Origin: Desulfobacteraceae bacterium
GTDB lineage: Bacteria > Desulfobacterota > Desulfobacteria > Desulfobacterales > JAABSP01
DNA length: 64,000 bases
Direction: 5' to 3'
Assembly: GCA_011390065.1 (NCBI GenBank)
Contig: JAABTD010000002.1
Coordinates: forward strand, 21,854-85,853
Below the pieces are notes generated by a model. The model was given only the letters and a program-made list of their open reading frames with translations, was not told the origin of the DNA and searched no databases. Of this stretch, positions 21,593 through 28,615 are shown in pieces. Numbering within the stretch: the first letter of the stretch is position 1; each line of letters starts with the position of its first letter. The translations under genes and the position numbers were made by a program.

Positions 21593-23032
21593 TTGACCTC
21601 CGGCACGGGAGCAACAGACGTGGGCATTCCCAGAATCGTCGTCTCGGCCCTGCGCGGGGGGTCGGGGAAGACGATCCTTTCCATCGGCGTTGTCGCGGCA
21701 TTGAAGCGACGGGGAAAGACGGTCGCTCCTTTCAAGAAAGGGCCGGATTACATCGACGCCGGATGGCTCTCCCTGGCCGCCGACCGGCCCTGCTACAACC
21801 TTGACGCCTTTCTGGTCGCATCGGATGCGATCTGCCGATCTTTTTTCACCCATGCCGCCGATCATGACATGGCGGTGATTGAGGGAAATCGGGGCCTTTA
21901 CGACGGCATTGACGAAGAGGGGACCACCAGCACGGCGGAATTGGCCAAGCTGCTCAACGCGCCGGTGGTGCTCTGCATCGATTGCACCAAGTCGACCCGG
22001 ACCATGGCCGCCGTGGTCGACGGGTGCCGTCGATTCGACCCGGATGTGCGGATAGAAGGCGTCATTCTCAACCGGGTCGCCGGCGCCCGCCATCAGAAGA
22101 TCCTCACCGACACCATCCAACGCCACTGCGGCGTCCCGGTACTGGGCGCCATCCCCAAGCTTCGATCCCAGAACTTTCCCGAGCGCCACATGGGCCTCGT
22201 TCCCACACCCGAACATGCCTGGGCCGCCGATTCCATCAGGGCGGCCGCCGATATCGCGGAACAATATGTCGACCTGGACGCCCTCGAGCGCATCGCCCGC
22301 GATGTTCCGGCGGATGCGCCTTTGTGCGACCGCCTTATCCGGGAAGGGGAACCGCCCCGGGTCGAATCTTCGCGGGAAAACCCCCCGAAGATCGGCGTCA
22401 TCCGCGATTCGGCATTTCAGTTCTATTATCCCGAAAACATCAACGCCCTGACGGCCGCCGGGGCCGAGGTCGTTTTCGTCAGCCCTCTGACCCATGACCG
22501 GATGCCGGACTTTGACGCGGTCTATATCGGCGGCGGGTTTCCCGAAACACATGCCGAAGAACTGGCCGGGAGCAAAGGGTTCCGGCGGGATTTAAAAGAG
22601 GCTGTAGAGAACGGACTCCCGGTGTATGCGGAGTGCGGCGGGCTGATGTACCTGGGGGAGGCTCTCGTCCTGGACGGAACACGGTATCCCATGACGGGGG
22701 TGCTGCCGGTGGTTTTCGGATTTTCCAGGAAGCCCCAGGGTCATGGCTACACGGTGGTCCGGGTGGATGGGTCCAATCCGTATTTCCCCATGGGAACCCG
22801 GTTGCGGGGGCATGAATTCCATTATTCCAAGGTGCTCAAATGGGATGGGGAAGAAAAGGATCTGGCCTTCTCCATGGAAAGGGGCGCCGGGCTGGTGAAC
22901 GGCAGGGATGGTGCGATTTATAAAAACGTGTTGGCCACTTACACCCATATCCATGCCCTCGGGACGGTGGAATGGGGCGCGGCCCTGTGTCGGAATGCCC
23001 GCATCTATCGGAGAAAGAAACAGATCTCCTGA
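21593..23032 (+). CDS. dsrN: Cobyrinate a,c-diamide synthase homolog in a dsr operon (DsrN, putative siroheme amidase)
   Basis: P-loop ALRGGSGKT and a C-terminal CobB/CobQ-type glutamine amidotransferase (ECGGLMYLG, HEFHYS). The ORF-track start is TTG. The GTG at 21620 (VGIPRIVV) has GGGAG upstream and may be the real start. Confidence 0.85.
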   Translation: MTSGTGATDVGIPRIVVSALRGGSGKTILSIGVVAALKRRGKTVAPFKKGPDYIDAGWLSLAADRPCYNLDAFLVASDAICRSFFTHAADHDMAVIEGNRGLYDGIDEEGTTSTAELAKLLNAPVVLCIDCTKSTRTMAAVVDGCRRFDPDVRIEGVILNRVAGARHQKILTDTIQRHCGVPVLGAIPKLRSQNFPERHMGLVPTPEHAWAADSIRAAADIAEQYVDLDALERIARDVPADAPLCDRLIREGEPPRVESSRENPPKIGVIRDSAFQFYYPENINALTAAGAEVVFVSPLTHDRMPDFDAVYIGGGFPETHAEELAGSKGFRRDLKEAVENGLPVYAECGGLMYLGEALVLDGTRYPMTGVLPVVFGFSRKPQGHGYTVVRVDGSNPYFPMGTRLRGHEFHYSKVLKWDGEEKDLAFSMERGAGLVNGRDGAIYKNVLATYTHIHALGTVEWGAALCRNARIYRRKKQIS

Positions 23033-23053
23033 TTTCCGGTCCACCCTTTCTTC

Positions 23054-24028
23054 TTATTTCGTCTGTTTTTCCAGTTCAATCCAGATCAACGCCGCGGATC
23101 CGAGGATGGCGGCCCGTCCCTGAGTCAACCCTGTTTTGAGCAGTTTGACTTTTCCCTTAAAGGCAGGGAAGAGATTTGCTTCCATGTGTGTCTGAACAGG
23201 GGCGAAGATCCGGTCTCCCGCCGCCGTCAGCCCCCCGAACAGAATAATGGCTTCCGGGCTGAACAGGGCCGCAGCGTCGGCCAGCGTCTCTCCGAGTATT
23301 CGTCCGGTCCGTTCGAAGGCGGCCGCTGCAATGGCGTCCCCCTCTTCGGCGGCCCTGAAGACGGTTTCGGAGGTCAGATCCTGCGGCGGTACGGCCCGCA
23401 GCGGGCTGTCGGCTCTTTTTTCCGCCATCAGTTCGAAAACGGTCCGGGTCAGGCCGGTGGCCGAAGCGTAGGTTTCCAGGCAGCCTCTTTTTCCACAGCC
23501 GCACCGGCGGCCGCCTCTCACGACGGTCACATGGCCCAATTCTCCGGCAAACCCGTCATGACCATAGAGAATATCGCCGTTTACCACAAAACCGCTCCCC
23601 ACGCCGGTACCCAGGGTCACTTCGATGAAATGGCGCAGATTTCCGGCGGCGCCGAACCGCATCTCCCCCAGCGCCGTGGCGTTGGCGTCGTTGGTGATGG
23701 CCATGGGCACATCCCTGTAGGGTTTCACCAACTCGGCGATATTGACGGTTCCCCATCGGAGATTGGGTGGGTTTTCGATAAACCCTGTATAAAAATTGGC
23801 ATTGGGCGCCCCGATGCCGATCCCCTGGATGTCGATGCTTTCCGATCGCCCCGCCAGGTACGCGTCGAACCGCTCGAACAGACGGCTGAAAAGGACGTCG
23901 GCCGGGTCACGGGGGCGGGTCTCCAGGGTATCGGCGGTCAGCACCGATCCACCCCGATCCACCAACCCGTATTTGGTCCGGGTGCCGCCGATGTCGATGG
24001 CCCATACGGCCGGAATTGGATCTCCCAT
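23054..24028 (-). CDS. ROK-family sugar kinase (glucokinase-like)
   Basis: 324 aa with DIGGTRTKYGLVD, the ROK zinc motif GHVTVVRGGRRCGCGKRGCLE and ATGA overlap with the upstream glycosidase gene. Confidence 0.85.
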   Translation of the reverse strand: MGDPIPAVWAIDIGGTRTKYGLVDRGGSVLTADTLETRPRDPADVLFSRLFERFDAYLAGRSESIDIQGIGIGAPNANFYTGFIENPPNLRWGTVNIAELVKPYRDVPMAITNDANATALGEMRFGAAGNLRHFIEVTLGTGVGSGFVVNGDILYGHDGFAGELGHVTVVRGGRRCGCGKRGCLETYASATGLTRTVFELMAEKRADSPLRAVPPQDLTSETVFRAAEEGDAIAAAAFERTGRILGETLADAAALFSPEAIILFGGLTAAGDRIFAPVQTHMEANLFPAFKGKVKLLKTGLTQGRAAILGSAALIWIELEKQTK

Positions 24029-26343
24029 CAGGAGGACTCCTCTGTAGGAGCGGAAACTTTTTCACCCCTGCGCCACGGCAATTCCACAGGTCCTTCCGGC
24101 GCCGTCATCCGCCGGGACGCGGCCCCGGGAATCCTGATTTCCACCTCCGGGGGCCCGTTTCGCCAGACCCCGTCCAAAACGACCTCGATGGATTCCGCCC
24201 GGGGCGTCATCTTCACATTGACCGGTCCGTAAGGCGTGGGGGTGGGGCCGAATTCCACAGGCGCCGGTCCCTCCAGCCATTCCGGGAAGATGCCGGCCCC
24301 GATGACCAGGCGGTCTTCCTCCTCGCAGACAAAGAGGTTGCGGATCATCATCACCCATTCGGCGGCAGCCCATCCGTGGTGTCCGTCGCCCATGCAGCCG
24401 CCGCCGGTCAGGGGATGGATGGCTTCCGGCCAGTTGCCGGTGGACGTCGCCAGGTCCGCCACGGTGCGGATGAGATCGCGGAAGCGATTGTCGCCGGCCC
24501 GCAACAGCGTCTGGGCGATGTCTAGGGTCAGGTAGGCGTTGATTCCCGAGTGGATCATGTCCTGGAAGAATCCCCCCGCATGGAAACAATATTCCATCAG
24601 AAAGTGCACCGTCTTCATGATTCTGGGATCCCCCGGCGAAGTGATGGCCAGCGGATAATCGGCCACCAGCGATCCGACGGCCCCGGCATCCATTCGGCGC
24701 AGGGGCGCGGCCGGAATGGCGCCCCCGGTTCGCTGTTCAGGGATGCGGCTGATGCTCTGGAAAATGGAGCGCTCGAAGTTCAGACCTTCCCTGAGCATCG
24801 CCAGCCCTTCTGTTTCGGACCCGCAGGATCTGAACAGCCCGGCGGCCGCCTTGAGTCCCGCCGCACCCCAGAAATCGTCCCAGTAGTAATAGTCGTTGGG
24901 GCCCAGGTGCTCGGCTGAGAAGCCGGCGGGAAAGAGTCCTGCATAAGGTCCGCTGCTTTCGGGGTCGATCCGTTTTTTTCTGATCCACTCGGCCCCTTTG
25001 CGGATGGCAGTCATCCATTTTTCCGAAGGCCGGCTGTCCGTAAGCTGATGATATCGCGCTGCAATCCACAGGGTTTGACCATTGGAATCCCATTCGCCTT
25101 CCTGGGATTGGAAATAGCCGGAATATTTTTGCCGGTCAGGAAACGTCGTGAGAATGCGGTGAGACCGGTCGAGCAGCCCGATGCCCATGAGGGCGTTGAG
25201 CATGAAGCAGGCGTCCCGGAACCAGAAGCGCCGATACGTGTAAGGGCCCGGCACCACATCTTTCGCCGATAGAAGGATCAGCGCCCTCACCGATGCATCA
25301 TAAAGAAAGCGGATCTTGTCATCCGGAATCCGGAGCGCTGCGGTTTCCCTGATGCAGGCATCCCAGTTTTTTTCTGAAACCGGGGGTTCCGGAAATTCCG
25401 CCCGGATATCGTCTTTCAGAGGAATCCGGATTTCCAGTCGTTTTCGCCCTTTGTCCGGAATGGGATACAGCGCAACGGCCGTGGCCATGCCCACTTCGCA
25501 ATCAATGCTCCGGGCTGTTGGCTCGTCCCCCTGCCTGACTTTGTGGATCACGTCTCCGTGAGCGTAGTTGGAAAAATGAAGGGCTGCGGGACTTTCACTC
25601 AAATGAAGATCTGTTTCTTTGTCCACATGGAGCGTCGGCGGATAATGGGTGAATTCGATGAGTTCCATAAACTGAACCCCTTCGGGGTTGTAAGGACGCA
25701 GCGCGGCGGCGAGCCGACATCCCGCAGTTCCGGATGCTTCCACCTCGACCATCAGTTCGGGTCGCCCTTCATGAAACGCAACCGATGCGCGGCTGGCGAG
25801 TTCAAGACCGTTTTGCCGGCATCGGGTCGATACCGATATATTGTTGTTTATTTCAAGTTTTTGCTCCACCTCGGCGAGGCGGGAAGGGATCAGGTCTTCT
25901 CCGCTCTCCGACAGAATCCAGAAATCAAGGGACCAGCCGTCGAAAAGGGGGGTGATCAGCCCCCGGGGGTCGACGATGGGATAGACCGACAGGGTGGGTT
26001 GGCCCACCGCCGTCCAGTTGCGATGGGTCAGGTTGACATGGCTGAAAGAGAATGCCCGGGGAATAAATGACGGATCGTTGGGATTGAATTGGCGCTCCAC
26101 CCAAAAGGGCCAAACCCAGTCAAGATTGTGCTGGATGGCCTTGGTGTTGATGAGGCCCCTGGCGTGAAATTCGATGCCGGCCCGGAGCAGTTCAATGGGT
26201 TCCTGGATCTCGGACGGCTGGGCGAATCGCCGCAGCCGGGCCAGAAAGATCACCGGATCGATCACCCCATAGGCCCGGGCGGTTCGTTTGACCAGAAATT
26301 TCCATGGTATCCACTGTTTCAACATAGAAAGTTTATGTAGCAT
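24028..26343 (-). CDS. Six-hairpin glycosidase-like protein (GH15 / debranching-enzyme-like)
   Basis: About 771 aa. YTYRRFWFRDACFMLNAL fits the Y..W.RD pattern of GH15-type catalytic domains. Start set to the ATG at 26343 (GAAAGGA upstream); the track start at 26355 is TTG. Confidence 0.55.
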   Translation of the reverse strand: MLHKLSMLKQWIPWKFLVKRTARAYGVIDPVIFLARLRRFAQPSEIQEPIELLRAGIEFHARGLINTKAIQHNLDWVWPFWVERQFNPNDPSFIPRAFSFSHVNLTHRNWTAVGQPTLSVYPIVDPRGLITPLFDGWSLDFWILSESGEDLIPSRLAEVEQKLEINNNISVSTRCRQNGLELASRASVAFHEGRPELMVEVEASGTAGCRLAAALRPYNPEGVQFMELIEFTHYPPTLHVDKETDLHLSESPAALHFSNYAHGDVIHKVRQGDEPTARSIDCEVGMATAVALYPIPDKGRKRLEIRIPLKDDIRAEFPEPPVSEKNWDACIRETAALRIPDDKIRFLYDASVRALILLSAKDVVPGPYTYRRFWFRDACFMLNALMGIGLLDRSHRILTTFPDRQKYSGYFQSQEGEWDSNGQTLWIAARYHQLTDSRPSEKWMTAIRKGAEWIRKKRIDPESSGPYAGLFPAGFSAEHLGPNDYYYWDDFWGAAGLKAAAGLFRSCGSETEGLAMLREGLNFERSIFQSISRIPEQRTGGAIPAAPLRRMDAGAVGSLVADYPLAITSPGDPRIMKTVHFLMEYCFHAGGFFQDMIHSGINAYLTLDIAQTLLRAGDNRFRDLIRTVADLATSTGNWPEAIHPLTGGGCMGDGHHGWAAAEWVMMIRNLFVCEEEDRLVIGAGIFPEWLEGPAPVEFGPTPTPYGPVNVKMTPRAESIEVVLDGVWRNGPPEVEIRIPGAASRRMTAPEGPVELPWRRGEKVSAPTEESS

Positions 26344-26359
26344 AATTCCTTTCAATTCG

Positions 26360-26737
26360 TCATGTGTTTTGGAGTTGATGGCGGATCCTGCCTACGATTC
26401 GCCGGGTTTCCGGTTCCCCCATGGCGTGCTTTGAAATAAAATGGTCGGCGCCCATTTCATAGGCGGCCCTTCTGTATTCGGGCAGGTCGTAGCTGGTGTT
26501 GACGACAACGATGATTTCCGGATGGGCCGCTTTTATTTCGCCGGTCAGGGTCAGCCCGCTTTCGCCGGGAATCCGGATGTCCATGAAGATCAGTTCGGGA
26601 GGGGTCGATCGGATCGTCTCCTTGACCTGGTCCGCGGTTTCGGCATACCGAATCACGGCGGAGGGGAAATAGCTCTTGATGAGGGTCTGGAGCGCTTTTC
26701 TGAAGAAAATGTTGTCTTCTACTATCAATATGGTCAT
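26360..26737 (-). CDS. Stand-alone response-regulator receiver protein (CheY-like)
   Basis: MTILIVEDNIFF ... FMDIRIPGESG ... the NTSYD region. No output domain. Start taken at the ATG at 26737. Confidence 0.8.
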   Translation of the reverse strand: MTILIVEDNIFFRKALQTLIKSYFPSAVIRYAETADQVKETIRSTPPELIFMDIRIPGESGLTLTGEIKAAHPEIIVVVNTSYDLPEYRRAAYEMGADHFISKHAMGEPETRRIVGRIRHQLQNT

Positions 26738-26943
26738 GATGCCGGTCTCTTTCTTGGGGTTTCGGAGCATCGCTTTCGTGAAACAAATCATGCATTATCA
26801 TAAATACTTTACTCCCCGGACGGTATCTGGTATATGGGATTTTCAATGTATTTGCGCGAGTATGATGCGGTATTTTCGACAAGCCTTTCTTTTTGTCGGG
26901 ACCGGCGGATATCAATTGACATCGAATGCGTGAGGGAGCGGAC

Positions 26944-27600
26944 ATGAGCGAGAAACCAACTATCGTTATTGCCGAGGACCATACAATCTTGAGGGAAGGG
27001 TTGCGGTCCCTCCTGAGCATGGACGGAGAATACGATATCATCGCAGAAGCCAAAGACGGTCTGGAAGCCATCCGATGCGCCGCGAATCATGAGCCGGATT
27101 TGATGCTGCTCGACCTTGCCATGCCAAAGATGAACGGCATCGCGGCCATCAAGGAAATCAAGCGACAGACGCCGATGACGAGAATACTGGCGTTGACGAT
27201 TCACAAGTCGGAGGAATACATCCTGGAGGCGTTTCAATCCGGGGTGGACGGCTACTGCCTCAAAGATTCCACCCATGAAGAGCTGATGATGGCCATCCGC
27301 AGCGTTCTGGATGGCAAAACCTATCTCAGCCCCTCCATTTCCGAACGGGTCCTGACCGGATATCTGGAGGGCAAGCGGACCATCAAAACCGACACGGCGT
27401 GGGACACGCTGACCCAGCGGGAAAAGGAGATCCTCAAGCTCATCGGAGAAGGATACAAGAACAAAGAAATCTCCGACTACCTGTGCATCAGCGTCAAGAC
27501 CGTCGAGAAGCACCGGGCCAACCTGATGAAAAAGCTCGATCTCCACAATGTATCTGCATTGACCGCCTATTCCATCGACAAGGGGTTGGTGAACAAATGA
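26944..27600 (+). CDS. NarL/FixJ-family response regulator (receiver + LuxR HTH)
   Basis: PTIVIAEDHTILREG, LLDLAMPKMNG and a C-terminal LTQREKEILKLIGEGYKNKEISDYLCISVKTVEKHRANLMKKL. GAGGGAG lies upstream of the ATG at 26944. Confidence 0.92.
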   Translation: MSEKPTIVIAEDHTILREGLRSLLSMDGEYDIIAEAKDGLEAIRCAANHEPDLMLLDLAMPKMNGIAAIKEIKRQTPMTRILALTIHKSEEYILEAFQSGVDGYCLKDSTHEELMMAIRSVLDGKTYLSPSISERVLTGYLEGKRTIKTDTAWDTLTQREKEILKLIGEGYKNKEISDYLCISVKTVEKHRANLMKKLDLHNVSALTAYSIDKGLVNK

Positions 27601-27625
27601 CGACCGGCGGTGGGTCATAAAAATG

Positions 27626-27653
27626 GTAGGGGCGAAAGATTTTTCGCCCCTAC
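27626..27653. terminator. 28-nt hairpin GTAGGGGCGAAA-gatt-TTTCGCCCCTAC (copy 1; convergent-gene junction)
   Basis: Perfect 12-bp stem with a 4-nt loop, between the LuxR-type regulator (stop at 27600) and the minus-strand PepSY gene (stop at 27674). An identical inverted copy lies at 37230-37257. Confidence 0.6.
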
Positions 27654-27673
27654 GCACATGCCGGCATTGTCGT

Positions 27674-28240
27674 TTACCGATCATAGACCGACCGGAACCA
27701 CCCGGTCTCTTTATCCACCTCCAGTTGATCCACGAGAGACCCGTCCTTGGTGACGATAGTCGCCTCGAACACCCCATCGTTATCGGAAATGTCGCCCACC
27801 TTCAGATTCGGGTTCCGCCGGTTCCGCAGATAGTTTTCCACCAATAGTCGGGCCTGATCCTTGTTGAGCGGTTCGGGCTGTCCGCCGTAGCGGCGGTTTT
27901 CGCGTCCGGAGCCGGGACCCATCATGCCGGGACCGCCGCCCCAACCCCGATCATATCCCCGGTGCATCATGCCCGGACCCATGCCGCGGCCTTGTCCGCG
28001 GTGCATCCGACCCCGGCCGTCACCGCCGCACCAGGGACAACGCCAGTTGCCTTCCGGCGGACCGTAGCCCTCATCCGAATAGCCGGAATCGTCTTGGGGG
28101 TTTGCCGGACCGCGCATCATGCGGCCGTCGGCGCCTCTCCGGTCATCGCCGGCGCCTGCCTGATCCTGGGCGTAAACCGGTCCGGCGACCAGCGCCAGCC
28201 CGATGCCGATCAGCGTCCATATCAATGCCATTCGTTTCAT
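27674..28240 (-). CDS. Secreted Gly/Met/His/Arg-rich protein with C-terminal PepSY-like domain
   Basis: Signal peptide MKRMALIWTLIGIGLALVAGPVYA. Repeats GRGMGPGMMHRGYDRGWGGGPGMMGPG and a CPWC pair. The C-terminus DQARLLVENYL...KVGDISDNDGVFEATIVTKDGSLVDQLEVDKETGW looks like a PepSY fold. Confidence 0.6.
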   Translation of the reverse strand: MKRMALIWTLIGIGLALVAGPVYAQDQAGAGDDRRGADGRMMRGPANPQDDSGYSDEGYGPPEGNWRCPWCGGDGRGRMHRGQGRGMGPGMMHRGYDRGWGGGPGMMGPGSGRENRRYGGQPEPLNKDQARLLVENYLRNRRNPNLKVGDISDNDGVFEATIVTKDGSLVDQLEVDKETGWFRSVYDR

Positions 28241-28277
28241 GCCGTCTCCTTTCCCCTCGAAAGGGGCGTTTGTGGAT

Positions 28278-28565
28278 CTATTTAAATCGCGACTTGATTT
28301 TCTGGAAGGAGCCTTCCAGTTCCAAAAGCGCGCCGTCGATGCCTTCCTTCAGGTCCTCCCACGCCACGCTGCCTTCGGCCTTCAGTTTTTCGAGCCGCTG
28401 GAGCGTTTCCGAACGCTTTTGCTCCAGCTCTTCGACCTGATTCAGGTATTCTTCCTTGGCTTCGGCTTCTTTCCGCTTGGCCTTGGCCCGCATCTCGTCG
28501 ATTTTCGCCTGCCATTCGGCCAGACGCGCTTCGATTTTTTCCTGATAGACCTCTTTCTTTTCCAT
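28278..28565 (-). CDS. Small coiled-coil protein (hypothetical)
   Basis: 95 aa of almost entirely heptad-like charged sequence (EKIEARLAEWQAKIDEMRAKAKRKEAEAKEE...). Confidence 0.5.
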   Translation of the reverse strand: MEKKEVYQEKIEARLAEWQAKIDEMRAKAKRKEAEAKEEYLNQVEELEQKRSETLQRLEKLKAEGSVAWEDLKEGIDGALLELEGSFQKIKSRFK

Positions 28566-28615
28566 TGCATGACTCCTTTCATGGCGTCGATTGTCGCAAC
28601 GATAGCCGCTTTTGG

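Noticed and set aside
26809-27777. 322-aa minus-strand ORF covering the LuxR-type regulator locus.
   Set aside because: It is antisense to a gene with unambiguous receiver and LuxR HTH motifs and has no motif content of its own.
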